This document shows, one piece after another, positions 24,876 to 37,768 of a stretch of DNA of 64,000 bases (the first letter of the stretch is position 1; every line of letters begins with the position of its first letter). The notes under the pieces were generated by a model that saw only the letters and a list, made by a program, of their open reading frames with translations, was not told the origin of the DNA and did no database searches. The position numbers and the translations under genes were made by a program. This DNA comes from Podarcis pityusensis. Taxonomy: Eukaryota. The stretch is taken from assembly GCA_964106645.2 (NCBI GenBank), contig OZ067041.1. One strand, given 5' to 3'.

Positions 24876-25514
24876 CTGTAAATACGATATCATTACCATT
24901 TTAGTTTTGCCCATTAACAGATCTTGTACCCTAATTTTACTAGTTCTTCCAGCAATTCACAATGGTTGCAATTCATCAAGCAAGTACTGGGAATTTCCCA
25001 TTGTCAGAATCTGAATATTTTGTGCTTGTAGATTTTTTTTTTGCCTTCCATAACCACAAAGGGAGCCCAGTCACCCACACAATTCATTGATAACCATAAA
25101 CAATCAGATCAATTTAACCTGCCATCATTTATAATTCACGCTTGCTAAAAGCTGAGCCATAGCAGTCACTAACTGCATATTAGGGACACAACATTTCATA
25201 ATGTCTCCATATCTGTTTATATTTAGAATCCTGGTTCTGAGGGTTCAGTCAAACTACAGCTATTAAGTTCAGATGTACTGGCAAACTATGGTTTGATTCA
25301 ATAAGAAAGTAATGACTTAAGCTTTGCATGCAAGGGGGGGGGGGGAGGAATGGTTGAGCCTACACATCTAAACCATGGTTAGCAGAATTCTTCAAATGCA
25401 GTCAATATTAAACCCGAGGAGGACTTTTCAAAAGTTCCACTTACTAGACTATCTGGGCTAACCTAATAATAGAAATAAATAAAACTATAGGTAAAATTTA
25501 GCAAAACAAATTAC

Positions 25515-25646
25515 CTGCAAATGAAGTGGAGACAATTTTACACTGTAAGACTGACATTCCGAAGTAACAGATGAAGAAACAGAAGAAGGATTGGGCATAC
25601 TGACAATAAAATGAAAGGCATTTCCAATTACATTACAAGAGACCAC
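25515..25646 (-). CDS. C2CD2: C2CD2 exon 3
   Basis: ccag|VVSCNVIGNAFHFIVSMPNPSSVSSSVTSECQSYSVKLSPLHLQ|gtaat; 132 nt. Confidence 0.9.
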
Positions 25647-27189
25647 CTGGAATAAAAGTAAAACTTGGCTTTAGAGACTGCATACACACATTTATATAGG
25701 ACACTATTATGTGCATTTATGTAATTGACTGTCACTCACTGACAGTAGAGTTCAAGCTTTCATTGTGGCAACACATGTAGTCTAAAATTAAAGGAGGCCT
25801 CTCCCCCACCTCCTCAGGTGAATACAACTGGCATATAATACTGTCCATTGTATCAAAAAGTCTAATTTTAGAACCAAAATTATATTCTTCTAAAGACAGA
25901 AATACAACAAAGAAGTGAGGACCTGCAACTAAAAATGGTGCATTATATGCCCAGCTGCTGACAAGAGCATTCAATGTTCCAGCAAGTATTTGGGATTTGT
26001 AGGGGAGCGGAGAGAGAGAAGTAGAGTTTTTTTTCCCCTTTCCCACATTCCTGACACCTTTCCTTCCTACGTTGCTATGCAGAGCTAGCCCTGAGTCCAA
26101 TCACTCCACCCTGCCTTGCACTGTATTGGAGAATGAGGAAGTTTCTAGGGAAAGGGAAGAGGTGGGCGTTTTTTCTTCCCTCCCTCCTGAAACTGCCCTG
26201 GATTGTTCAGGGAGTTTCCCCCACAACCAGGATACAAGCTGTTTGGGGCTTCAGCAGGTCAGTTCCTACTCTCTCCCCACCCATTTCATTTTCCTTTCCT
26301 CCAAAACTGACACACTCAACTTTCTATGGAATTTTGAATGTATGTGTTTGTGGGGGGGAGACAAGGGGTGTCAAATGAAATAACCAGAAAATGAAATTTA
26401 ACAGGAAGATATATTAAGTTAGGGAACTAGCTCAGTTATTTTCTGCAACATGCTCTTAACAGACCAGTTGCTCTGCTTCATTAGAGGGGGGGGGGACCCT
26501 TTACACAGGCAGAAGCAGAACCCCCTCACTTTTTTCTCCCCCATGCCATTTAACTGAAATCAATATTTTTAAAATTTGTAAATCATGCCCTTACTGTTTG
26601 TGGCTCTAAGTTTAGTTATTAATACAATCAGCCTCTAATGCAAATTCATGTGCCTGACAGATTTTCAACATCCTATTAGAATGCACAAATATATTATTTA
26701 ATTTGCTTGCTTTTCAGCCACAGAGAGATTTGTGAAGGTTAGCTCAAGATGGTCAGACAAAATTAAGAAGACGCTTTCTTATTACCATTATTAGTCTGGC
26801 TTCTGCAGAAGACCAGACCAATGAACCACCACTATTCGCCTCTAGGCTTACCTGCAAGAGTACAACATTGTCTCCCTGCCCCAGATTCCTTTCCCACAAC
26901 CTTTGCAAATAATAATGGCGAAGGCTATTAGAAGCACATATTTCTCTTTCTCAAGCTATTCTCTTTCCCAAGAACAGGTTTGCCTTGCAATTCCTATTAA
27001 CTATTTCTTGTCTGCTAACTTTCAAAAGCAGAGTAGCATAACCCTAGTCATTAATCCTGTCATTAAGAGATCTGTGCAAATTTTACATAGCTAACATGGA
27101 AAAGGTTGTTTATTTACCAGCATGATGCACAATTTGGCCAAACTTTTTGTGAGAAACATCACAAGTAGCAAATTGGGAAAGACTGTATT

Positions 27190-27322
27190 GATAGAAGAGT
27201 GTCTATGCATGCACACAAAAGCTCATACCAATAACAAACTTAGTTGGTCTCTAAGATGCTACTGGAAGGAATTTTTTAAAAAAAAAATCGACTATGGCAG
27301 ACCAACAAAGCTACCTACCTGT
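27190..27322 (+). mobile_element. Second Penelope-like fragment, hammerhead core degenerate
   Basis: GCATGCACACAAAAGCTCATACCAATAACAAACTTAGTTGGTCTCTAAGATGCTACTGG...AGACCAACAAAGCTACCTACCTG; CUGA is lost and GAAA has become AAAA. Confidence 0.65.
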
Positions 27323-29222
27323 AACCAGAACGGTATTGATAGTTAGTGAAAACTATAAACACATACTTCTGGGCATAGTGATATTGTTACATTACTAGTC
27401 CTTATAATCGTTGTATTTTGCTACAAAAAAGAAAAGACCGCAAATATCCAACTCTCCACTCAACAGCCAACTCATACAATACTCTCAGGACAGACACCAT
27501 GACAGCAAGCAGGGAGCCCCTTACTGTGATTCCACTGGCATTATTTATCAGCTTAAAGAAGTCTTTTAGGCTCAGTAGGTCTTATTCCCAGGTAAGCATA
27601 CACGGGATTTATGCCTTAAATTGTCACTATGGTTCCTAAAGCTGCAACACTTACAATTTTCCCCAGCAGTGATGTTTTCAGGTGGCAAATTAAGCGGTCT
27701 ATACTCTTTTAGGGTCTAGAGTAGAATCTACTGAAAGGAACTCAGGGAGAGGGCTCAATATATATGTATCAAACAGCATAACCAGGTCTCTAAAGTACTC
27801 ATTGGACATTTGACAAGTGTGTTTATGTTAACAGGCAGTGATGAGACAGTGACAGGGGGCTGCCCCTGTTCTGATCAATTGTTCACTCCTGTTGAGGAAA
27901 GAGTTAGCTAGCAAAATGCCTGAAGACAGCTCTAGTGATCTTTCTTCCTTGTACTGATCAGGCCCACATCTCCTTAATGTCACTAGTGCTAGGTAGCTAT
28001 TCATCAGCAGTAAAGTATTCCAACAAAGAAATCGGTTAACAAGGCACAGCGTGTATGAATAGTTATGCTACTTCAGGCTGTTACTGAAGAAGTCTTCACA
28101 TTGCATTTGTCAATATAAGCTAATCCTGGCCATAGCAAGAAAATTATAAAAGAGGATTATTGCTACTGTATGATTTTCTGTTATCAATATTCACAGGCAC
28201 GTGACTGAGAGGACACACCCACTGCTAGAGAAAAGCATGTATTTAACAATGAAGTGAAAGTCTGCAGAGTGCCACTCCCACAGTTCACAACAGTTGGAAA
28301 TTACAGACAATATTATGTGAACTTTGTTCAGGGTGTGCCTTAAGCTAAGAACAGCAGGAACAGAGAGATAAAAGTGTAACTCCATCCAGAAAGGCCAGCC
28401 TACAAGATGAAGGCATACCTCAGACTAGGCTTGTTTACAGGGGATTAAATTGAACCCTTGATCCTACTCCTGTTTTGATATTATTACCTTTGCTCACAGG
28501 AGTACTTCTGCAACTTACTCAAAGATTTTGAAGCCAGAAGGACTTGTGCTCGTGTTTGCTTCTCATGGAGACACTGGTATGTCAATTCCTAGCATACTTG
28601 TGCCTGATTTGCGAATAATTTTCTTCACTGGAGTGATTTCAGATACACTCCAGTGAGAACAGCCTTGCAAAAAAGCAGTCCTAAAAATTTTTGTAGTACC
28701 ACTTAAGTTAAACACTATGTAGTTTGCCAACCACATCAGGAGCCTGACAACCAAGTCGGTTGGCATATTACTAACAAAGACAGAGTGGCTTCTATTCCAA
28801 CATCAGATGCTAAAACACTATGCATATGCTTCTTAGAAAAACAAAATACAGCCCTTACAATTATATATCCATTCCTGGTCTTTATATTTGCATAGCTCAT
28901 ATTTTATGGAATGCAGTTTCTAAGAGCGCAAGTTATTAACCAGTTGCATAGGGGCATACTGCATTTTTAGTACAGACCACTTTATTTGTGTATATTAATG
29001 ATCATAAAAGAAAAAGGCAATCAGAGACAGACAGACAAAGATAGGGTGTGCAGTCCAATAAAGAAAATAACAAATTGTTACACTGACTGATATGTATCAT
29101 TTTAAAATTGTCCTTGACCCAGATCTAGGGTTCAGAAATTCAAATGCATACATTTTGGTGGGGATGGGAAAACGAGACAAGAGACCCACAAAGTAAGGAA
29201 CTATCAGGTCAAGCAAGCTCAC

Positions 29223-29321
29223 CTTTTCATCAGCAGACTTTACCACACTTACAACACGTTGTACCACAAGCTCTAGAGGCCGAGGAGCTGCATGTTCTTC
29301 AAATGTAAACAAGCGGGAGTC
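29223..29321 (-). CDS. C2CD2: C2CD2 exon 2
   Basis: cccag|DSRLFTFEEHAAPRPLELVVQRVVSVVKSADEK|gtgag; 99 nt. Confidence 0.92.
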
Positions 29322-29389
29322 CTGGGGGAGAAAAGTAACATTTATTTGAAATAGTTTCCATAGCCCAAGGCAGAAATGCTTCTGAGTTC

Positions 29390-29530
29390 CAGTTGCTGGA
29401 AACCACAGGAAGGAAGAATGCTCTTGAGCTCAAGTCCTCCTTGAGAGTTTCCCACAGTCATCTGGTGGATGAACATGGTGGGAACAGGACGCTAGACTAG
29501 ATGGGCCATTGGCCTGATCCAGCAGGCTCT
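29390..29530 (+). mobile_element. CR1-type 3' end fragment
   Basis: GGAACAGGACGCTAGACTAGATGGGCCATTGGCCTGATCCAGCAGGCTCT, a recurring squamate CR1/SINE tail. Confidence 0.5.
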
Positions 29531-32014
29531 GACGTTCTCAGTTCCCTGTTTGGCATGGGTTTCAGAGTATATGTTATTATTGAAGTTCACAGATTCCAAA
29601 GAACCCCAAACAGCTGGATGTTCAGCTAAATTCCAAGTCCTAGGACTAAATTTAGGAAGAAATATTTGACAATTAAGTATGCAAATATGCTTGCCATAAC
29701 AGCTCCTTGATTTCATCTGAATTAGGTGCCTGAGAAGCTCAACTGCTTATATTAGAAGAGCCAAAAAGCAACTTATATTTATCTTGCTTAGTAATGTGTG
29801 CCATAAATCATGTGGCTACAAGATCGTCACCTAATTGTGTCACCTAATTATTACTTCAGTATAAACAGAAACCAAGTAATGGCTACTTAATACTGTGGTG
29901 GACATAAGTTTAGTTTTAAGAACTAACCCCTGTGAGCAGTCCATGTCCACCCCATACTGACAATACTAAACAGAGTAATTTTACCAACAAGTTACTTAGC
30001 ATTATACAGCACTTTAGAGTGTTCAAAGGATTCACATTAACTCCCCCAGTCTTCCTAATGACTCTTTAGGGTAGGCCAGTATTATTTGTATAATTGCAAA
30101 TTAGGGGCTAAGGCCAACAGATTCTAGTTCGCCCAAGGCAATCTTGTAGGATGTTGCATCTCATTGAGGACACTCTTAGGGTTGTGTCTGTGTATGATTA
30201 GGGTTTGCTCAAATATTATTGTGGGGTACAGCCTCCAATTCCTTATTCATTTCTACAAATATTATCAAGAATGCTAGGCATGCAACAATAATTGCCAGTA
30301 GTTTACACAAAACTGCAGTGAACAAGATACGGTGCTTGGGTTGTCTCATACAAGGCAATCTCCTGGAAATGCAATTGCATGATTTGGGATGGCCCAAGTA
30401 TGAAATTGGGATGAATAGCCCCAGTTCCTTATTTGTGTTTTCTGAGGTTCAAGTACTATGCAAAACACAATGTGTTTTTTGTTCTGTTAGAGAGTCATAT
30501 ACACAAATATTATTAAACTGACATTACCAGCTGTAGCTGGTGTGTGTGTGTGTGTGTTAAACTACATGCTCATACTTTCAGTTCATTATAATATACATGA
30601 AAGCTTGAGTCATGGGGTAAGGAGAATGTGTGCATGAATTCAACTGTGCTTAGCTTATTTTTGGTTGCTATTTTGTTACTGTTGTTATTATTGTTTTATA
30701 GATTATGAAGGCTGAAGTACTTTTTGGATCCTATAATATGATTTTTGTTGTAATTGTGATGTTTAGCTTTTTTTAGTAGTTTTGTTAATAGTGTTTTATA
30801 GATCGCAATTGTTTGATTGATCATTTATAATTGTTTTGCTGGTGATTCATGCTGTATTTGTGATGTTCTATTATTGAATTGTTATTTATAAGCAGCTTTG
30901 GGATTCATTTGAATGAAAAGTAGCGTAGAAATATAATTGATCAATCATTGGCAGGGGAAAGGAATACAACTCCTGTTGAACACAAGTAAACTTTAAGCAG
31001 TGCTGAAAGCTCTACTGCAGATGTTCTCAAACTGTGGCCAATGGAAAGGTTGCTGAACAGCTGAGACTTTCTGTTCTCGGTCCTGCACTCAAGCTACTGC
31101 TGCTCCACTGGCTTATGACAATTCACAAGATTTTAAAATGTGCAAAAAAATTTAACTGATTTGTAGGAAGGACTCTATGAACTGTAAGCAGAGATACTGT
31201 ATGAACTTTTGTAAACCCCCCCCCCAAATCTTTAATAAAAACATTTTTTTAAAAAAGAGTCATGGTCACTTAAGACTGGGTACATTTACCTTTCTCTTTT
31301 GTACTTTCAGTCATGTATGATGTGATTTTAATGACCTGTTCACATTTGTCAAGTAACAAATAAGTAAAATAAATAAAGCTAGCACACCACACCCCTTCAT
31401 GGAAAGATGGAGAATTTAGTAGTCATCTGCATTGCTAAAAATTTAGGATTTCAAGCCTGTGTGTGTGTGTGTATGTGTGTGTGTAATCTCTTGAACTTGC
31501 AACATTAGCAATGGAGTCACATTTAACTACAAACTGCTTATTATATGTTGCGTATGCTCAGTTGTTACATTAACATTCTTCTCGAGTTTGTGATGAAGCA
31601 GAAGAAGCAAATCAGAGTTTCACTGGCTTCCTGATGACAGCATTGTTTTGAGTTGGACGGCTCAGTGAGAGTAAAAACACATTGCGCTGCCAGGCAGTGA
31701 ACTCATCAAAAGAAAAAGGATGCAGTTGCTTTCTTGGAAAGGATGTACGGATGCAAGGCATTGTTACTTTCCTATCAGCTTTCCTACAGTGTGCTTGCTT
31801 CCTAGCCTTTGACCCCCTCACAATTTACAGTTCAATTTGCAGGTTTTTTTGTTTTTGATTTAAAGTTATTAAGATCTAATGGAACACAGACAAGCAACGT
31901 GCTAGGTCAGGTATCATTAACCTTTCCTGACCCAGGAACCAGTTTTAAACCAAACATGCATTTGGGGACGCATTTCTTAACCTTTTACCATACATATAAT
32001 TGCAGGGTGCTAGT

Positions 32015-32228
32015 CAGAGGCATGCCTAAGGGTCGGTGAAACTGGCCTTCATCGGGGTTGCAGGCCTGGGGGGCACGAGCAAAAATCACCTACCAGGCTA
32101 CGGAGCGTATATATGTGTGTGGCAAAGCACTGAAATTTAGGATAAGGTTCCCATCCTTCACACAAAGGGGTGCAGTAAAGTGATTTTTCAGGGGCGGGCA
32201 CCAACAAGGGACCCTAGGTATGCCTCTG
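32015..32228. mobile_element. Non-autonomous hAT-type DNA transposon
   Basis: TIRs CAGAGGCATGCCTAAGGGTC / GACCCTAGGTATGCCTCTG; 8-bp TSD gtgctagt/gtggtagt. Confidence 0.75.
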
Positions 32229-33159
32229 GTGGTAGTGCTCCTTTTGCAACCCACCTTGGCTCAGGCCATGATCCACAAGCGGGTCGTGACCTACCAGTTG
32301 CAGACCAATGGGCTAGATGACTATGCACGGCACAACTGCTTTGATTTATATTTTATATAAATTTCATGAAACAAAAATGTAATAGCAATAATAATAATAA
32401 TAAAGAGAGCTCCTGGGGGGCAGCTGCCCCCCCTAAATCAAGTACGGTAAGTAAATAAAAAAATACTTAACTGACCAATTTCATCACAGATAACTCGGTT
32501 CTGTCTCCCCTAACAAAAAGCCTGTCCTCTCCTTAAAATAAATCTTGTCTATGCCCATAGGTGGGAGAAAAGGAGGCCGAATGAATGAACTCTTGGGATG
32601 GGAGTTTTAAGGGATAAAGTCACAAACAATAGTGAAGGAATTGCTCCATTTTCCAGAAATTCAAGAAAACCCAGAGAGTTTATACATAACCTACTTGCAA
32701 ATAGTTGTTTGGTAGCAAGGAGGAAAAGATCCCTTTTTTTCAGATTTTAGATTTCAGGTTAAACAAAATTACACTGATCACTCCACACAAAGTCTCCCTG
32801 ATTTTAAGGAACTGTACAGCCCCAATTCATTTATGTTTGGCCGCTTATCAACCACACTCTGTTGACATCAAACAGACGCAAAGCTGAAAGGTCCTGCCCG
32901 TGTGTGGTCAACGAAAATCGCCTGCTCTCGGTGCAACCAGCGCAACCCACAACACTTAAGAATCGAGCAGCTTTTACGGGGCAATTCTCATGGCACCGTG
33001 ACTTGAGTGCAAGTTCTCAGGTCCCCCCCAGTAAACATTATTTGTCGTTGCTCAATTCCAGACTGCAGAGCGCCTTAGCGTATCCCCTGTAGTCTGTTTG
33101 CAGCAAAAACAGCACGCAGTTTTGTTGTGGCACCTCCGAGACTAAGCTTCGCTGGACCA

Positions 33160-34510
33160 CGGTGCGCTTCCTCAGGTGCACGAAGTCCTTTTCTCCCGAG
33201 TTGCAGGTCTACAGGACACAGTTTGGCGAGGCAAGATCGCGGCCAGCGAGGTGAGAAGGCATTGCAGGGAATGGGATGGCGAGCCCAGCTCCCTACGGAG
33301 CCGGAATCACGCAGAGCTCGCCTCAATGCTTTGTCTTACCTCCCTTGCTTTGGCTTCCCGGTTAAGCGCCGCTATCCAGGCTTTCTGCCACTGGCTCCTC
33401 CAGCTGCTCAGAGACAGCAGCCAGGCGAAGAGGGGACCCTCGTCCGGGGGCAGAAGTTGCTGGGGCGCCGGCGAGGGCTGCCTCCTGGCGCCTTGCCGCA
33501 GCGCGCCCAGGCCCCACTGCACCAGGTAGACGGCGAGCACGGTCAAGGCGGCCGCGAACAAGGAGAGCAGCGAGAGGCGCTGCAGCTCGCCCAGCCAGTA
33601 AGCCAGCCAAGACATGACTGACCATAATGAGGGGAGCGGCGGGGGAAGCCTCCTCACGTGGCGGCAGGATCCCTCCCCGCCTCCCCGCGCGCCTCAAGGC
33701 ATCGGGCTCCTCCGGGTCGCCGCCGCCGCCGGCCCACGCGGAGCAAGAAGAAGAATCCCTCTCCGGAGGGGCGAGAGCGAGCAGCCCCGGCGACGGAAGG
33801 GCTCGCGAAGGACATTCGCCTCCCTCAGCGAGAGAGAAGTCGCCCGAGCCAGGAGGCAGCAGCGAGCGGGACGCCAGGAGGAGGAGGAGGAGGAGGAGCC
33901 CGCGTCACAGGGCAGGACCTGCCCCGCCGAGCCTTCAAGCAGCGCCACACGCGCGCAGCTACCGCAGCCGCCGGCCGGGAAGAGGACGAGGAGAAGCCTT
34001 CCGAAGCGCCGCCGACAAAGCGCGCTCCGCGGCCCCGGGAAGCGGAGGAGCCAGCAGCCGCATCCTGCCCTCGCTCTGCTCCTCTCCGGGCAGCCCTGCG
34101 GGACCCCGTGCGCGGCTCCTCAGGGCCCGGCAGCTGTCCCGCCTCCGGGCGCTGAGGGAATTGTCGTCCGGCTCTCAGCTAAGCTGCCCCGCCGCCGGCG
34201 AGGAGGAGAAGGGGAGGGAGGAAATCCCCTCCCCTCTCACGCGGACCGGGCAGCAGCAGCAGCGGCGGCTCCTTATCCCTCGGCGGCCCTTCCCAGCCGG
34301 CACCTCACAGCCCTTAAAGGCGCAGCAGCGGGCTGCAGTCGCGCCCACCTTTGCTCCGGCCAAGCCTGCGGAAGTGGCCGTCCAGCGGCCTGGACAATGG
34401 GAAACCATCTCCGATGTCAGGTCCGATTTCAGCCTGCGCGCGAGGCCTTGCGGCGCATCTCTGGGGCTCACGAGCCCTTTGCTGTCAAGGTTTCGAGGCA
34501 GGCCCAAATC
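33160..34510. promoter_or_regulatory. CpG island / C2CD2 promoter and exon 1
   Basis: GC- and CpG-rich stretch covering the C2CD2 start codon and about 900 bp upstream. Confidence 0.8.
33340..33615 (-). CDS. C2CD2: C2 domain-containing protein 2 (TMEM24/C2CD2L paralog), exon 1: N-terminal TM helix and start of the SMP-like region
   Basis: MSWLAYWLGELQRLSLLSLFAAALTVLAVYLVQW...SWRSQWQKAWIAALNREAKARE; donor GGAG|GTAAGA; 276 nt, phase 0. Confidence 0.92.
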
Positions 34511-37039
34511 GTATTGTTTTAGGGCATATTTTTGGGTAAGACCCTTAAAAATATTACTTGAATAATGCCCCAAAACCCCCACAAAGTGTTACTGAAGTTC
34601 ACAGATAAATTGATTGGCCTTATTTAAAGATGGTGAGCCAAGACCCCACACAGGTATAACTGCTAAGCAAAAGGCATTTCCCTAAAAATTGGTCAGCTGT
34701 GTGTCTGAATATTCGCACATGGACCATGTGGGTTAATGTTTGGGTCACCTCTTTGACTGACAGTTGAAGCAAGTGGTTTGACACTGAATAACAATGTACC
34801 ACAAGACCAAAAACAGAAATATTACAGCTTTGACAAAATATAGACCTAAAAAATAAAAATTGATAGGGCATTTTTCCATGGCAGCTCCTCAAAAGGTGGC
34901 CAGGTTTTGGGAAAGGCTAAAGGGAGCCACCTTGGCTTGGAAAAGTTTGGCAATAACAAAAAAGCTGACTGACAAACTGAAGGAAGCTAAAGGTCAGACT
35001 GTTATATAAATGTATGGTCTGGTGTGATTTTGGCACCTATAATAACAAGAAAACAGCAGAAAAGCATGGACACTGTATGCTTACCTATATAAGTGATAGA
35101 TTGTAACTTCTAAGTATTTGTATATTGTTTTATGCTTACTGTTTGGGTTCCTGAGATTATGTAAAAAACACACATTTTTTTCTCACCGTGCATCCTCTGT
35201 GCGAAAAATGCTTTCTGAAAGTACTCTGTGCATTCTCCAGTCAACTCCATGCAGCATGTTTACACATTAGGAAAAGTTGTACATCAGCACCTCCCCCCCC
35301 CCCCCCGTTATGGGTCTGTAGTACAACAGTACCTGCTAAGATATCAAACGTAAAGGGGCATGTGTGACATATGGTTAGAAGGTAGGTTTAAAATAACAAA
35401 AAATACTTGAGTTAAGCTTACACTAAACCCAGAACATCCCTGGAAGGATCTCACATGCCTGTAGCAGATCATTTCATCGGGTTTCTGGTTGTCCAACTAA
35501 AGCAGTGAAGTTTGAGCTCTGGAGCCACAATTATTTGCCAAAAATCTCAAAAGCTAATTTTCTTCTCCTGAAAGCAGCCATAGGAGAACAGAGGGAGGGG
35601 ATGAAGTGCCCTGGCTCTCTGACACCCCAGTATGGAGCCCAGGGTGCCCATCTAAGCTGCTGCTTAGCTTAACAGTAAAACAATTGCTTGGATTTTTAAG
35701 TGCTAAGGAAAAAATGCCGTTTAATTCCACTGCACAGCTGGATTTTAATGAGATCTCAGCATCAGTTGCCTGGGCTGCCAGCTTCCATTATAAACATGGG
35801 GGCCAAGAGTGGGGAAGGAGACTATGCTGGCCTAGCTATTGATCCCAAGAATCAGAGTGCGCCTTTAAGCAACTACACAGGCAGGGTAACAGGGAAAACT
35901 ACTGCAAGGGGAAGGAGGGCAGGTGGCCCTGGAAGAACTCCTGCATACAACTGTGACTCTTCTTAAATTTATTAAATTTGTGTACCACTCTTCATCCAAA
36001 GATCTCAGGGTGGTTCATAGCATGAAAATACAAAATTTATGTATCCCAATGCTGCAACACATTAAACTAGTGATAAGTTCCTCTGATATCGCAGGGTCTT
36101 ACTGTCAACTAATGAGAACTGGAGCACTGGCAGCCTATTTCATATTAGACTCCCATGAGACAGAATCACTTGAAAGAACATGTTTATTTTACTCCAAATT
36201 TTCTTAATAAAGATTTAGGTAAAGAAAACATACAGTAGAAAAGTAATACAAAGCAGCAACATTACATTAAAAGAAGGGATTCTGAAAACAGGATTTCTCA
36301 GTCCTAAAAAAGTTAATTGGATTGCTACTTAAAATTCAGCACAGATGTATTAAACCAGTATAATGCCTACAATATATAAATAATTATAAAAACAGACCTT
36401 TTTAATAAAATTTGTATATATCTTTAGTTTGAGATCAGAAGCAATGTCAATAGAAGTTAAGTTACAGTCCTTTCTGCATATTGGTGATGGCTACTCCAGT
36501 TGCCCTTTTAAAGAAGCCCCAGAGTAGATAGGAATACTATCAAGAAAATTAGGCCTTTTTGTTAATTTTCTTTTGAAACTTCCCTCAAGCCATTTAGATT
36601 TGACCTCTGGCTGTAGGAAGGGGATAAAATAAATTAGCAACCAGTTAACATACAGCTGAAAGGTAACTGGTGGTATGTATAACCAACAAAGTGCTATGAA
36701 ATGCAAAACTAAATTAAAATGTAAAATACAAAAACAAGAACTTGGTGCAGTCCACACAATCAGGTTCAATAGCTATAAAAAGAATTAGCAACATTCATAT
36801 GTAGGCATTTAATTGTTTACCATATAAGTGCCAATGCTGCAATTAGAAGCAGATTTAGTTTTATTGACAACAGTGGCCCTTTAAAAATAAATGATATCAC
36901 CCTAGGAGGCCTATAATTTAGATAGTTTCTTCATGATATAAAGTGGTAAAAACGGTTAAGGACCTCATGGAGTGCTCATCTTGATAGTGTTCCTTCACAG
37001 GTCAAGTTAAGCCATACAAAAATCTTTGAGATAAGAATA

Positions 37040-37248
37040 CAGGCAACTGTTAACTTACATGGGGGTTAAGTTCCAGGAATAACACATAAAGCCAAAAATC
37101 ACATATAGTCAAAACACATTGAGTGCAATGGCGAGTGGAATTGCCAAAGCCCCCCCCACCTGATGACCCCTTTTTATTTGTTTTTATTTGCCAAGAGTGT
37201 AAAGTTGAATGCGCACAAGTTAAATGCACGTAAGCTGCGAGTTACCTG
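37040..37248. mobile_element. Tc1/mariner-type MITE (second family)
   Basis: TA|CAGGCAACT...AGTTACCTG|TA; a related degraded copy lies at ~54436-54725. Confidence 0.6.
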
Positions 37249-37640
37249 TATATGACACTACAGCCCAGACTATTACAGTAAGGTTCAGCTCTATACAAGG
37301 TTTCAGTACTGATGAACTAGTTACCACTGTAGGAAAAAGAAATGTACGTTTATTTTACCCTAATACTCAGGCAAGAAAATGTAAACAATGTTACAGAGGA
37401 CTATAGGCACATACCAGCTGCTAATGACAATGGGTTAGGGTTGAAGAAGATATAAAAACACACTTCCAGAGAAACATGGTAAAGTTATTGTTACCTATGA
37501 CGATATACGCCTTCCTATGGCGCTGATAAACAGGTTTGAAAGGTTTGTAATTTTAGAAACCTGAAAGATCTCCTGAATCAAATATAACTGTGGAAGAACC
37601 ACTTTCAGCTCTTAAAAAACAATCTTTTGTGTCTCTAACC

Positions 37641-37768
37641 CAGGCATAGGCCCTCCAGATGTTTTTGGGACTACAACTCCCATGATCCCTAGCTAACAGG
37701 ACCAGTGGTCAGGGATGATGGGAGTTGTAGTCCCAAAACAGCTGGAGGGCTGAGTTTGCCTATGCCTG
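37641..37768. mobile_element. Palindromic hAT-type MITE with the same core but different termini
   Basis: TIRs CAGGCATAGG / CCTATGCCTG; 8-bp TSD ctctaacc/ctctagcc. Confidence 0.85.

Noticed and set aside
33614-34582. Long plus- and minus-strand ORFs (302, 312, 165 and 135 aa)
   Set aside because: CpG-island artefacts upstream of C2CD2; no recognisable protein.
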